Shown here in pieces: positions 37,031 to 52,569 of a stretch of 64,000 nucleotides of DNA. The notes beneath the pieces were generated by a model. That model did no database searches. It saw only the letters and a program-made list of their open reading frames with translations, and had not been told where the DNA came from. Source of the DNA: the human T2T-CHM13v2.0 reference genome, Homo sapiens. Both the position numbers and the translations under genes were made by a program. The stretch lies in assembly GCF_009914755.1 (NCBI RefSeq), contig NC_060926.1; one strand, written 5' to 3'. Position 1 is the first letter of the stretch, and every line of letters starts with the position of its first letter.

Positions 37031-38209
37031 ATTTAATAGGGTGCTATGGAAGTGCCTGAGGGGACCCCTGGCTCCCAGCTCTTTCTCTGATGGTGACCAG
37101 GTGCCTGCCCAGCCCTGACAGTGGCCTGGAGGACCTGAGTACCAAGTGCCTCACTGTGGAGGCCTGCAGAGGTCTGGGTACCAGAAGGCCTGGACCAGAG
37201 ACTCTGGGCATCCCCTTCCAACACCGCAGGCCAGCACAGTGTGCCGGGGGAAGTGCCTGGCCTTGGCAGGCTGATGGGCCTGGGTCTGAGTCTGTCTCTT
37301 GAGCCATTGGTCTCCTTATCTGTAAACTCAGGGTCAGAGAAGCAACTATCTCACAGAGGTGATGGCTGATCAGTGAGGGTTCGGGGGGTCCATGCGAATC
37401 TCAGCTGGGTCCTCCCCAGGGTCAGACAGCTCTGGGAGGTGCAGTGGCCTTGTGGAGGTGGGGGGTGCCAGTGGGCCTGAACTAAGGGGATGACACTGGG
37501 AACTATAATATGATCCCCACAGAAACCAGAGGGATCTTCTTAGAAAGTAAATGGGCTCTTGTCGCTCACTCGCCTAAAGCCGAAAGCCTTCCAATGTCTC
37601 CTATCGTGTTCAGGATAAAATCCCAGCTTCTTAACCACACAAGTTTGTCCCAGTGTGTGTGCAACTTTGTTGAAGCTATGAAAATGGCAAATAATGGCTT
37701 CTATTTGTAGAGCCTCATTCTGGGTACTCCTCACTGCAGCCCTTTCCAGATGGGGGAACTGATACTTGGAGAGATAGAGACTTGCCCAGGGACAGACAGC
37801 TAGTTAGTGACAGAGCCAGGCTTCAAGCCCAGAGCAGGGCTCTAAAGCTGTTGGTCCCTCTGACCCCTGACGCCTTTCCCCGGACCCCCTGCTGGCTAAT
37901 TTGGCTTTGTGGGGGAAAGAGTGTCCACTCTGAACTAACAAGTGGTCTGACCCAAGGGAACATTTTTAAAATGACTCATTTTTACTACATTTAAGCTTAA
38001 ATCACAACACATCCAAAATGTTTCTGAGCAGAGCCCTGCGAGGTACTGTGCTGGATGTGAATCTGCAGGTCCGGATGCTCTGTCATGAGCTGCACCCGTA
38101 GGTGAGCTCGGCAGGTGTCTGAGGTGTGTGGATGGAGGTGGTGGGGTGGACAGTGCACGCTAGGGGAGAGAAAGGGCCCTCCTGGCGCTTCAGTTCTGGT
38201 ATTGTAGGG

Positions 38210-39122
<913 letters not shown>

Positions 39123-39559
39123 CCCTAGGAGGTAACCAGAACCCCTGGGAGGCCCCGCCGGGATCAAGCCCAGGCTGGAGCCATCTGCCAGCGGGAGGCT
39201 GCAGGAGGGCTCTGGGACAGTATATTCGCGGGGAGGGGGTCGGCCACAGCCTCACATTCATACTTTTTGGCTATGTTTATTCCCCTTTCAAGTCCTCATT
39301 CCATGTTTCTGTTCATAGTTTGTTACTTATTTTGAATATCCTTCATATTTTGGCTTAAAAAGGGCCATCTCTTATGGAAGTGTTTTTTAAACAGGGTTGC
39401 TTGTTTTCAGAGCTGGTTTAGGATGTACTCCTCTCCCCCCGCTCTTTCTGGAGGTCAGAGGGAGGTGGGGACGGGGCTCACGGAGAGGTGGAGAGCAGGC
39501 GGGGAGTATGTGGTGCCCCCGGAGCGCAGCCCCCAGCACCCTCTCTCCATGAACCCCTC

Positions 39560-40380
39560 CTGCCTTCTTCCCAACCCCCAGCCTCAGCTCAAGATGCTGA
39601 GCAGCCCCACAGACCCCTGCCGTCCCTTATGGAAGTCAGCACGTCAGGGGACATCCCTGATGCTGCCTTTTCTGGAATCTCCCTGGTCAACCCATCCCCT
39701 AGTAAGGCAACGCCACTGCCTCTGTGCTTCTGACTGCCACCCTCGCCTCTCCCCAGAGCCAGGTAAAGAGCGCTCACTCACCCTCCACATCCACTCTTGG
39801 CCCTCCCATCGCTCTCTGCCCTACAGCCAGGAGATTCAATCATGCTTCCCATGCATCCACGACAAGGACCAGCAGTCACTTGTCACCCATGGGCCCCGGT
39901 GCTATGACCCCTGCGACCCCTCTGGTTCCTGTTTCACCACGCTGCCCATCCCACCGGCTTCTCCATTTCATGCGTCTCTAGCTGGCCCCAGGAGCTTTGC
40001 CCAGGCAGTCCTCTCATCCCAGAACCTCACTCCCTACTCCCACTGCCGCCCCTCCCCCGCCCACTCGGATAACCCGAGCGTCCTTCAGCTCTTACATCCA
40101 AAGTCAGTTTGTCAGAGATGGCCTTCCTTGACCCCAGACAAGGCCAGGCCCCTGCCCAGCTTTCCCGTCGCTCCGGCACTTTCCTCCGTGGCACTTGTCC
40201 TGGTTTCTAACGATACTTTGCTTTGTGTGCTTGTTTAAGGCCTCGTTCTCCCTCCACCCTGGAAGGTTCACAAAGACCCAGCCAGGGTACACTTTGCTCA
40301 CAGTTGCACCAGCCCCTAGTCTGCTGCCCGGCCTGTGCAAATGCTCAGAGAACGCCTGCTAAGCCAATGAATGAACTTCT
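39560..40380 (+). mobile_element. L2 (long decayed fragment)
   Basis: Pyrimidine-rich L2 text ending gctttgcccaggcag...ccttccttgacccc...aatgaatgaa. Confidence 0.65.
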
Positions 40381-40460
40381 TCCTGTTCTCTAGGAGGACA
40401 GGTGCTTTGCCGCAGAATAATAGTGAGTGTTTAAAATGTTTTTAGTTCCAGAGTTCTTGC

Positions 40461-40510
40461 TATGTGTGTGTGTGCACGTGTGTGTACATGTGTGTGTGCA
40501 TGCATGTGCT
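40461..40510. repeat. (TG)n imperfect microsatellite
   Basis: Alternating purine-pyrimidine tract. Confidence 0.85.
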
Positions 40511-43500
40511 TCTACTGACCCTGGGATGGAGATGACACAGCCAGGACAAACACCCCTGGCATTGTCCCTCGCCACATGATCCCGCTGGGGAGGGGTGGTG
40601 ACAGTTCGGGTCATTCTGGAATCCCAAGGGGGAAGGCGCTTTATTCGCCCAGGGCTAGCCTGGCCCCTTGTACCCTGCCAGACTTTTGAAAGCACCCTCA
40701 TCTCCAAGTTCCTGGCTGCCTGCACGCAACAGAGCACCCTCTCTGGAATCTTCCCCACTTTCCTCCCTGTGGGGAGGAAAGGGAAGATTCAAACCCTTCC
40801 CCACTTCGATTGGGATATCCCAAGTGAAGAGGGAGCCCTGAACCCTATCCCACCACCTGCTGTCACTCAAAGACTGTGCAGATGGAGAAATTCTACAGAA
40901 AGCCTGGCTGCTCTACCCCCAGCCACACTGCTGCCCTGGCCTGGAGGGCTGGAAGATCATCAGCCTGCAACCGCAGCAGTCACCCTTGGGCTGTGGCCAT
41001 CGTCATGAGAGTATTAAGACTGGCTGTGTCTGTTGTGGGTAAAGCCAAGTGTGACTAATGTCTTCAGAGGGAGAGCATCAATGATTACCCTCCACCTCGT
41101 TAATTCTAGGAGCTCAGCTTAGATCCTGGGAACCTTTATCCAAAGGGAGAGAAGAAGAAGATGTTAAAATTCTGTTTATTTCTGAAATTCCTTCTTGGGC
41201 ATCTTATAGCTCTCGTCACTCATTCAACAGACTCGTAATGAGGCCCACTCACTGCCTGGCACTGAGCTCAGCCCTGGGAGGCAGAGATGAGTGAGCCTGC
41301 ACCTCTGAGACACACAAGTGAACAGCAACGAGAGCGCCATAGGAGCGGCTGCAAGGTAGGCTGTGGGAGCCCAAGGGAGGTGCCTACCAAGCTGCCCAGG
41401 GCTGCCAGGATAGGTGTCCAGAGGAGGGTGCCCAGAGCTGAGTATGGGAATACCGAGAGGTCTGGGCCACATGAACGGGTGGGTGGGAAGGAAGGACATC
41501 CCTGGGGTAAGGACAGCACGGACCCGAAGGCACAGACGAAGTTCCTTCATGCTTTTGGGAGTAGAGATGGACGTGGTTTTGGTTTCTGACTACACCACCT
41601 CTAAGCCACCTCTCCCAAAGTCCTTGAACTCCCAGGAAGCACCAGCAGATGTTCATTAGCGGGTGGGGAGAAAGGGGACTGGAGTCGCTTGCCAGGGCAG
41701 CATGCTCGGAATAAATGCCTGGGCGGTGCTGCAGAGCTTAGCACCTGGTCTGGAGCCAGTTTTGATGGGGCTGGAGTGATCGGGGGCAGTGGAAAGGAGC
41801 CTAATCATTGTTCTTAATTATTATGGTGACTTTTTATTAGGAATCCCGGCTGCCCAGACCATAAGGACGTGTGCCCCCCACCTCCGTTGGAGCATAATTA
41901 GGGGGAATATTTGGGGGAGACTAATGAGGTTGGCTTAGGTAAGGAATGGAAATAAACAGGAGAGGGCTGCTTGGCGCAGGGGGCTTTAGGGCCAAGCTTA
42001 TATTTGAGGCAGCATATTGTTGCTAGCTGAGGTTCTTGTTAATGTGCCCAGCCGCTCTGGGCTTTGGGGGCTGAGACACTACAATTTGTTATGAGTATGA
42101 GGGCCATGATGTGGGGACACTGGAAATTTCCACCCTGATAATGAAGAAGGCAGCCATGCCACTCCTGGGGTCAGTTCCCATCCACTGTGCAGGATGATTG
42201 TGGCTGAGCCCCAGACCTTGATTCATACAAGACATCACCCTGCCCAGTCTAGCCATCCAGAGAAAAGAAATTATTTTTCTATATGAAGACTAGAGCAGCT
42301 ATAGAACAAGACCCCTCTCTTAACTGGAAAGCCCAGCCCTACCACCTCCTACAGGAAGCCTTCCCTGATAAATATGCACATTAACATCCATTCTCCCTGT
42401 TCTATCTCTGTAACTGTTACTACTATTGCTCTTGGCATATGCTAGTATCCTTTACATGTCACATGCCAGTCCCTCTGGTTAGATGTGAGGACCCAGAAAG
42501 CAAGGACTGTGTCCTGGTCACCTTGACACTCCCAGTGCCCAGGACAGCTTGACATGCCAGATTTTCAGATGTTTGTTCAGTTGAGTTGACTTGAGCCTGG
42601 GTCCACTCACATACAGCTGATCACGACCAGTTGTCCACAGGTGGGTCACAGAGGCTAGGGGGCAGCAAAAGAAGAGACTGAGGGTCAGGCAGGCTTTCAG
42701 AGTGAGCACACGAGGCAATGGCCCAGGGACAGGTCCAGTGGTGGCAGAATTGGCCTCACCAGAGGTTGGCTCATGTACTTCTTCAGTGTGGCTGCAAGAG
42801 TTCTGTGACTTATCCCCAAGTCTATAGGACAAGGTCCCCAAAGGACACCAGAAGAAAGCTGAGGAGCCTCGGGGCCTGCTGCAAGCCACCAGCAGCCAAG
42901 GGGCGCTTCTCAAACCTGCTCTCCTGGTCTGGGTGGCAGTGGGGTTGCAGGGGAGAGACGGTGTTGGAGGTGGGATGGTGCGGAGGTGTGCCCAGCAGCC
43001 AGGTGGATGGGAAGCCATATTAGGGACATTGGCTGAAGACAGGGGCGAGGGCTCTGTGGAGAGAGGATGCTGGATTTGGGGCCAGCCACCTTGACCACAC
43101 CAGAAACACTCTCTTGGCTTCTGAGTCCTCGTCCATCGCGTGGGAGGATGGCTTCTCCTTTCCCACTGCACAGGCCTGGCTCCCGCGGACGTCCCCTGCT
43201 GGGGAACTGCTTTTGAAGTCCAGAGGAAGGAACGATGACCTCTAACTGGGGCAGTACTGAGGACCCAGCAGAAAGGGCAACGTATGAGCTTCGAGGAGGA
43301 GGTGGCTCCTGGGCTGGCTGGAAGGAGAAGTAGGTTTTGGCAAATGAAGCTGGCAGGACAGTCAGACAGGCAGACGGAACTTGGTGGCAAGAGCACGGTG
43401 GTATGGAACGGGTAGCACATTGACAGCCTGTCTGTGAGCCTGGCCTGTCCCTTCTGTCTCCTCTGTGGGGCCGAGCAGGGCATCCTGCTGTGGGCTGAAA

Positions 43501-43539
43501 GCTTCTGGTGGTGCCCACTTCCCCCAAGCCTTGCTCCAC

Positions 43540-43890
43540 CCTGTGATATCTACTGCAAGAGGCTCTCCCGCCCTCCAGCTTTAGTGGGGCTCAGACAATG
43601 GGAGCACAGGCAGGTGAGGGAGAAGGAGGCCAGGGCACTTACTCCCTGACTCTGACCATTTGGGGCTGCTTTGGGGTTCACTGTGTCCCTCAGCCAGATG
43701 ACTCTTTTCAAAGCAACTCTCTCCTTCTGGGATCCTTGCCCCTTTAGGCAGAGGGGTGGTAGCAGCAAAGCTAGTCACGGAGCACTGCACTGTCCCTCGC
43801 ATCACCCCTCGCCTGCCAGTACCTGTGTGAAGTTGGTCCAGTCCTTTAACCTCCTCAAGTATCCCAATGTGAGAGTGCCAATACATCCCA
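43540..43890 (+). mobile_element. ERVL LTR (LTR40/41-like) fragment
   Basis: ccttgcccctttaggcagaggggtggtagcagc...actgcactgtccct...gagagtgcca. Confidence 0.5.
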
Positions 43891-43949
43891 TGTGGCTGAA
43901 TGGTAGGGGAATGGGATAGGGAAGAGAAAGAAGCGTAGGCCTGTGGGTT

Positions 43950-44130
43950 ATAACCGGATATGAGATGGCCAACTTTGATCAGTCACGGGGTGCCTGATAC
44001 CTTTGCTGAAAAGGACTTGGAAGCCACATCCTGGATTAGCAGGAGGAGTGTGCTGCCATTGATTAGTAATGTCTGCCCTGGAAGCGAGGGCTGGGAGTAG
44101 TACCGTAAGCCCCAGGCATTCCATTCTCCC
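43950..44130. mobile_element. MER102-like hAT-Charlie fragment
   Basis: ttgctgaaaaggacttggaagccacatc...attgattagtaatgtctgcc. Confidence 0.45.
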
Positions 44131-46859
44131 AGGACTGATCACAGAGGCCTTCGGGCTGCAGGAAAGGGAACTTGAATCTGATCCTAGAAGCACTGATAGA
44201 AGGAAAATACCATCAAAGTCATTCTGAACAGAGAAGTTCAATCCCAGTACTTTTTCTTTCCTGGCGTGGCTTTGTGGGTGGTGGATGGAGAGGAGACAAG
44301 GAGACCAGCAAGGGGCCCACTGGAATGAACAAAAGGAAGGTCAGAGATAGGGAAACACAGGTGATGAAGAGGCTGGTGAGAGGGATTGTGAGGTCTAATT
44401 CTTAGGACTAAATGTCTTGTTGGCTAGCAGGAACAAATCTTGTAATCAAGACACTGGAAGGATGTGGATGACATTATGGGCAGGAGACCCTGAAGGAGAA
44501 GGGTGGAGAAGAGATGGGGCAGAGGAGTCTACAAGGGGTAAGATGTTCTATGTCTTCAGAAGAAACCTGGGGCTTGAACACACTTTGAAGAACAAGGCCT
44601 AGGCGGGGCTGGTGGGGGGTGCACAGCACAGCCCTTGGTGCCCCTCCACCGGGCAGTAATGGTGATGCCTCTATTTGGAAGCATGGTGGCAACACTGTCT
44701 GGCCTCCAGGAGTGAGTGACGGTGGGGAGGAGCAGCTGAGCAGTGGGGCAAGGAGTGTGCACATGCTACATGGGGCCCTGGGGTCTCTCTGCCCCTGGGG
44801 CCAGTGCAGAAGCCACACTGGGAACCTGGCCCTCCTGCAAAACCTCTCTGTCCTGGTCCCCCTAAGCCTGGCTTCACGAGAGCTAGTCTTTCTGACTAGT
44901 TTTGCTTTACTTTACTTTTCCTTTCCCTTCTAATTTTAGAATTCACATCTGCACATTGTAGAAAATTAGAAAAATATAGCTCATTATTAAGAAGAAAAGA
45001 AAAATTACCATCATGCCACCTGCAGAGAGAATTGCTAGTAAGGGTTGGTGCAATCCCTCCAGGCTCTTTTTTTTTTTTTTTTAGCACTTTTAATGGGGAG
45101 ACCTCTCGGGCTACCAGCTTGGCCCTGTAGGAAGTAGCACGTCACTCTGGCCTGGAATCCATTGAGTGTGGGTTCTGAGCTTCCCCCCAACCCCTGGATG
45201 GTCCCTGGTTCTGAATCCCACACAGTGCCAAGGTGTGTTGGATGGGGAGGGATGTCAAGGGGTCCTGGGTCACCTGTCACTTGTGTTTGTCCACATAGGT
45301 GACTCGGGAGGAACCGCGGCTCTGCGGTGGTGTGTGTCTCTCTCAGGCATGGGAGTCTCAGGAGAATTTGGAAACTGGCATCTGCGGAGCAGCCCCCAGA
45401 GGCCCACTGACTCCCCTCTTCCCCAAGGCCAGCCCAGGCCCAGAGAAACCCCTGAAAGTTTGGGGGAGCCCTCCCCAGCACCTGCTTCTCCTGACATTCT
45501 ACCTCTCCCTGCCATACTTGTCCTTCCCTAATGGACTTGGAACGCCACAAAATCCAGAGCCTGGGTCATTTGTAACCAGAAGCCGGCTCCTCCTACCCCA
45601 AGGGCAAAGAGGGCTAAGGCGAGAAACCCTCCCAAGGTGAAGGAAATTTTGTCAAAGAAGAAAAAGGACAAAAACCAACATCACCAAGAAAGCCCGGGGC
45701 AGTGGTATCCTCACAAACACAGACACACCTGCAGACTTCTCTCACCAAATCGAGATTACAAAGCACAGCTTCCACTGCTTCTTAGCTTTTCACTCTGTGT
45801 TATGCCAGGAGCATTTTCTCATGTCATTTGAAAATGGGATTTCTGAGGGTAGCTCCCAAGGGTGACTTAGTAAATGAACTGAAGCCAGGGGATGAAGTGG
45901 GTTAGAGACCAGTCGTGGATGGCACAGAGACTGGCATCTGTAACCTGTCTCTTTCATTTCTACCCCTTCCTCAGCCCATCCCTAGCCTTCCCTCACTCAA
46001 GAGGCTACCGTGGCTCCCCATTTTTATCACATCAAGTCTAAACTCCAGCTTTCAAACCACTCATAACCTGGCAGGCTCTTCTCCTCTCTGTCAGTGAATG
46101 CCCCCGACCCTCACCACGGTACCCATTCCTCTCTTCTGTCTCTTGAGGTGCCCCCACCCCACATAGTGCTCAATCCTGTGTCCTTGCCCTGCTGAGCAAT
46201 TCCCTCCCTCCCTCCTCCTCTCCCCAGTCCCCCTCATCCCTGTCATCCATCCCCTACTCCTTGCAAGTGGCCTCTGTAGTCCTCTCTAGGGCCCTCTCTC
46301 ATCTCCCTCTCTGCGGCGGGTCCTGGCACCTCCGTGGCAGGCGGGATTTGTTGCCATCCCAGGGGGAATACTGGGCTTCTCAGTGGGCAGGGCTTGAGGC
46401 TTCATCCCTCCTCTTCTGGAGCCCGCTGCATGGTGCAGCAGGGCTGGGAGGGCTGGGCCAGTGAACCTGTACTTCTCAGGAGGAAGGGCTTTGCCCACCA
46501 CTGGCCTCCAGGTGCCCGGCTCTGGTCGGGACTGTTTTGCTGCTCAGTGCCAGCCAGCAGCCAGGCCCAGGCACAACCTGCCCCAGGGTTCTGGGATGGC
46601 AGAATGCAAAGCGCAGACTCCACCTCTAACTTCTCCCCTGAAAGGAGAATCTGCCAAATCCCCAGGAGTTCAGAGGACAGGCCAAGGAGAGCAGAGGAAT
46701 TCTACAGACCCAGGTGGGCCCTGGCTCCACCCTTCTGCCAAGCTGTGCCATCCTAGGCGGCTCCCTTAACATCTCTAATCCGCAGGAGCTTCTCTCGGGG
46801 TGTGTAAAGCATGAGTGGACAGGAGGGAGGTACTCGATGAATAGTGACAGCCAAAACCC

Positions 46860-46965
46860 TGATAACAATGGGCGATGTCATTTAACATTCACCGTCATCT
46901 CATGGCGCAGTCACTATTATTCCCCCATTTCGCAGATGAGGAAACTGAGCTTCCAACTTGCTCCT
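46860..46965 (-). mobile_element. MIR
   Basis: ctattattcccccatttcgcagatgaggaaactgag. Confidence 0.7.
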
Positions 46966-47597
46966 GCAGGTCCTGCAGAGTTCAGTGATGAAGTTCAAGC
47001 TTCATTCGGTCATTGCGCCTCCAGGGCCAAGGTCATTTGCAAAACTCCTTCGCGTGACCATACTGTCAACCGCGAACACAGCCCCATGCCTTGGTGGAGG
47101 GGGTGGGGTACGCCCATCCCACGTTGGGAATCAGGAACCCACCCTCAGCCGCCCCTGTCCTTGTGCCCTGTCTGTGGTTCCGTGGTGGAGGGTAACTATG
47201 TTTTAGTTAGCATGGATCCTGCACATGTGCTGGAATATTCCATCTGCAAGCATTGAAGGGACAGGAAATCGAAGTCTGGGCCCCTCTCACACTGAGGGAA
47301 ATTCACAGACATTGTGATTAAAAACAGTAGGATGGTAAATATGTGCCCAATTAATGCCTTTACTAAAATAGCAAGTCCCTAAAATATTTCCGAGCAGGAA
47401 GTAGAATGAAGAAGGCCCCCTGCCCCCACCTCGCACCCCATTCTGTCCCCCACTCCTGAGAGCAGCCCAATTTGTCCCCAAAACCCAGGAAATCTTTCAC
47501 GGAAAATACTCTCCAACTCTGGCTCCGCTGGGGTTCGAGGCCAGCCAATGGGGCAGGGTGGAGGACAGGTGCCCTGGAATTCCTTTCATGCTTATTA

Positions 47598-48048
<451 letters not shown>

Positions 48049-48077
48049 TTAGTTCTGAATCCCAAAGTTAATGGTAC

Positions 48078-48342
48078 ATTGGTCACGCCTGTAATTCCAG
48101 CACTTTGGGAGACTGAGGTGGCGGGATCACTTGAACCCGGGAGTTTGAGACCAGCCTGGGCAATAAAGCAAGACCCTGTCTCTACAAAAAAAAAAAAAAC
48201 CAAAAATTCAGTCGGGTACAGTGGTGTGCAAGCTACTTGGGAGGCTGAGGTGGGAAGATTGAGCCCAGAGGTTGAGGGTGCAGTAAGCAAACGTCACACA
48301 CTCCAGCGTGGGTGACAGAGAAAGACCCTGTCTCAAGAAAAA
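48078..48342 (+). mobile_element. AluJ with internal deletions
   Basis: cacgcctgtaattccagcac...gggcaataaagcaagaccctgtctctac...gaccctgtctcaag. Confidence 0.9.
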
Positions 48343-48478
48343 GTGTATTGGATTTCTCAAAGAGACTGTTCCAAAATCTGTTTGAAAATGGACCCTACAA
48401 GGATGATTTTTAATTGGAAAAGAAAAGAAAAGAAAAAAAAGGACGGGGAGAGGTAGGAAAACAGAGTGCAAAAGCCCA

Positions 48479-48497
48479 CCAGCGCCCCCTGGTGAAA
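48479..48497 (-). promoter_or_regulatory. CTCF motif (reverse)
   Basis: Minus strand reads TCACCAGGGGGCGCT versus consensus CCACCAGGGGGCGCT. Confidence 0.7.
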
Positions 48498-49029
48498 GAA
48501 GGGCAGTGGTGCCCGGCGCCGACTGCCAGCCTAGGGCGGACGGCAGGAGGGGTCCCAGTCCCAGCACCACCTCCGCTCCCCTCAGGGCTTCCCCAAGACA
48601 GCCCAGGGGTTCCAGCCCGGAGGCGTCAAAGCCCTCACCCGCCCGTTTCCTGCTGATCAGCCTCAGCACTCCACATAGCGGGGAAAGCAGCTTGTCCCTG
48701 GTCACAGAGGCCTTTTCCGGAGGGAGCAGGCTGTTACTGTGACTGTGTGGCTGGATCACTCACCCTCCAGCCTGACAGAGACTGGGCTCTGGGAAGGGCC
48801 TTGCCCAGGCCACACTGCTAGACAGGCTGAAGGCACAGGCGCCCCACGTTGTAACACCTCAGAAGTTCTGGGTTTCCAACTGAGTACCCAAACATAGAAA
48901 GAGCCCTGGTGCCCATCAGCACCAGGTGGGTGCACAGCCCATTGTCCTACAGAGGCCAGAGGAGCTCCCTGGAATGTACATCAGGCACGTCCCCATGGCC
49001 ACGGGGCTCTGCAGTCCAACCCACCTATG

Positions 49030-49495
49030 TCCCCAGGTCACCTTTTAGGGCCTCCTCTGCTCCTTCCGCTTTAGCCGACTGGGCCTTCTTTCCAAAGCAT
49101 TGAGCTCACCTCCACCCCAGGGCCTTTGCATTCACTGTTTTCCTTCCCTAAAAACGTCTGCTTCCAAATGTCCAGATGCCTCCTCCTTCTCAGAGTTTAG
49201 GTCTCGACTCAAATGGCAACTGCTTTAAGAGGCTGTCCTTGTCTTCCTGGGCCAAGGGTCCCTGGTCCCCATCACTCCGCCCTCTCAGACTGCTGTGAGG
49301 GATCTTTATGGATGTTATTACCAGCATTACATTACACAGTGTACGAATACTATATATTAATATGTGCTAGGATGCCAAGCTCCAAGACGGGGGCAGGGGG
49401 GCTGTCTTGTTCAGCTCTGTGTCCCCAGCCCCATCCAGCCCTGCACATCCTAGGTGCTCAGTAGCTAGTTACTGCATGAAGGAATGAGTGGAATT
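49030..49495 (+). mobile_element. L2 3' region
   Basis: cagggcctttgcattcactgtt...taggtgctcagtagctagttactgcatgaaggaatga. Confidence 0.72.
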
Positions 49496-50607
49496 TGAAT
49501 ACTTATAAGGGAGGATTGGTGGCTGCTTCCCCTGTTCTCCCCCAGTGCCTGCGTTGTGGCATTTATGGTGTCATCTTGTCATTTACCTCTGGGTCCATCT
49601 CTTTCAAGGTGGTGAGTCCCCAAGAGAGGGAGAGAGGCTCAGGGCCTGTGGCTCCTTGGAGCTCAGAGAAGGTGCTCCCCTGTGGGTAGTCTCGCCCCGG
49701 CACCACTTGCTCCTGATCTCTGCACAACGGGTGGCCTTGGCCCCACGTCCCCTTCCCCTGGCACTGCTGCTGGGCAGGCATCTGGAGACCTGGGCTCTCA
49801 CCGGCTCTTGCAACTCACTGGGTGACCTTAGGCAGGGCCCATCCTCTCCCTGGGCTCCCATTTCCCTGAATGCACAATGGGGGTCTTCTGAGACTCCTGA
49901 AGGGTCGCTAGTTCAACCCCTTGGAGTTGGGGGAAGCCCAGCTACCCTTCTCTGGCTTTTTTTGCGGGAGCGGTCTCAGCACCAATGCTTGGAGTTTGGG
50001 AAAATACACAGCTCTCCAGAGTGATGGGGAGCAGGGCTTCCCCGACTTGGTGGGGGCCAGTGATACCAGCAGCCACTTTTTAACTTGATCAAGAGCACGA
50101 CTGCTATAGCCCAGTCATTGTATCCTAAGGGACAGGCCGCTCCCGCCTGATTGTATCCCCAACAAGGAACTAGGCCAACGCCGTACAGCCCACGTCAATT
50201 CCGTCCCTAACCCCTGCCAGCCTGGAGTTCCTGGGGGCATCACCCTCTCTCATCTGCAGCAACCACGTGGTGCCTCCTGCAGGAAAGCCCAGCCTGGCTC
50301 CCACTGCCCATTGCCGGGCTGGGCTCCACTCAGGCAGCCGCTGCTTCCTCTGCAGACCTTTTCTCTTCTGGGCGGGACAGGAACCCACGGCTGCTCAGGC
50401 ACTGTGCCCCACTACCCCCTGGTCTTTGCACATGCTGTTCCCTCTGCCAGGATCACTGTGTTCCACTTTCCCACGTAGTCTGCAGAACCCGACCTGACAG
50501 TTCCCATCCCACAAGGGTTTCCCATCTCCTCCCATTCCGTTCCTACAGGCTCTGCCACCTGCACCAGTCAGAGTTCAGAGAAGTGGAACATTGGGACGTG
50601 AGAGGAC

Positions 50608-51256
50608 ATGCACGCGCACACACACACAGACACACACACACACACAGACACACAGACACAGAGACACACACAGACACACACACAGACACACAGACACACA
50701 CGCACAGACACAGAGACACACACACAGACACACACACACAGACACAGACACAAACACACAGAGACACACACGCACACACAGAAACACACAGACACACAAA
50801 GACACACACACATAGACACAAACACACACACAGAGACACACACATGCAGGAACATACAGAAACATACACAGACATACAGACATACACAGACACACACACG
50901 CACTACACGGACAGACACGCGGACACCAACACACAGACACAAACACACAGAGACACACACACGCAGACACCCACAGACACACAGACACAGACACACACGC
51001 AGACACACACAGACACACAGACACACGCAGACACAGACACGTATACACACAGACACACACACAGACACACAGACACACCCACAGACACACACACAGACAC
51101 ACACACATACATATATAGACACGCACACACACACAGATACGCACAGACACACACAGATACATAGACACGCACGCACACACAGATACACACAGACACATGC
51201 AGACACACAAACACGTAGACACACACACACAGACACACACAGACACACACACACAC
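50608..51256. repeat. Long compound (CA)n/(CAGA)n repeat
   Basis: About 650 bp of CACACAGA-type units. Source of the His/Thr and Val/Cys pseudo-ORFs. Confidence 0.97.
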
Positions 51257-52569
51257 GACCTATTACAGGGACTTGGCCTTGTGAAACCTTGGGCACTGGC
51301 CACCCCGTCTAAGGGAACTGCTGCTTCTCCGGTGCGTGGAGCTGGCAGGGCGGGCGTGGGGAAAAGGGGATGACCATGAAGTGGGGTAGGAGGACAAACG
51401 GAACCTGACAGGCTGAGCTGGAACTCCCACCGGGAAGTGGCAGACCCCAAGTCAATCTGTCCCCTGCTCTAAGCCTCTACCTTCGAGGATGGGCACCCCG
51501 TGGAAGAAGCCGGCACTTTCATGAACTAAGCATATACCTGGCCTGGGAGTCAAGAAGGCCACAGGAGGCTCTGGCTGGGCTGGAAGAGCTATGCCCCAGC
51601 TGCCTGGACACCAAATCCATCTCCTGAGATCAGCAGCACCTGCGAGTCCCCTGTGTGTTGGGAGGCACTGGCCCCTCTCGCCTTCTGAGTGTAAAAGGAA
51701 GACATGACTGCTGCTCCCTCTGCCCCTCCCCTGGGGCCCCAGATAACCCAAGCCTGTGCAGGGAAGGGAGTTCTGGGTGCTGCAGTTCAGCTCAGCTAGG
51801 CTGACCGGACACACATCTGTCACACCACCCCAGAGCCTAACCCATGCCGGGTCCTGGAGCTACTCCCGGTGGTGGCCACACTTCCTGCCTCCAGGAAATC
51901 CATCATCTCCTGGGAAAGACAAGTCAAGAGACAAAAACACCATTGAATGTGCACGGTGAGGTGGGCAATAGCCATGCAGGCCTGACGGGGAGAATGTGTC
52001 CCGTACCAGGGGAAGACTGCAGTGGCCCCCAGGGATGGAGAGGGCCGAGGTCCCGGGGAGGGGGCAGCTGTGCCAGCTCCAGGGCCTTCACTTCTGGGCC
52101 TTGGGCTGATGATGCTCCCCTGGGGAGGGCAAAAGGGAGGACAGCGAGGAGCAGGCTTTGGGTGGGACCAGCTGGGAACAATACCTGTGTCTGCCTTGCC
52201 AAGCCTCACAATTCCTATCTAGAAAATGGGGTTGTTGGGAGAATTGAAGATAAAATATATACAAGTATTGCACTGGACCTGACTCTCCCCACCCCAAAGT
52301 TGACCATTCCCAAAATTGACAGTGTCGTTATCTAGGTCCTAAAAAATCCAAGGGAGAAATGAGATTTCCTGTGTCTTCCCAGAAGCTACGCCACTGCTCT
52401 TGAACTTGGGAATTGCCACGAAGTGCAGGGGGTGGGGTGGACACGGAGGTCTGTAGGGCCGAGGAAAAAAAACACGACACAACTGGGGCCTTCCAGGGTC
52501 TCCCCCGACCCCTGTTCATCCTGCCTGCAGCACCTCATTCCCAACGAGGGCCTGCAGCCAGCTCCTGCC

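Noticed and set aside
39423-40238. 271-aa plus-strand ORF
   Set aside because: Lies largely in a decayed L2 and shows no intact reverse-transcriptase motifs.
42518-43539. 321-aa and 209-aa overlapping ORFs
   Set aside because: No recognisable homology, several overlapping frames open, and the ends lie in repeat-derived sequence.
50543-51450. His/Thr-rich and Val/Cys-rich ORFs up to 291 aa
   Set aside because: Translations of the (CA)n/(CAGA)n repeat.
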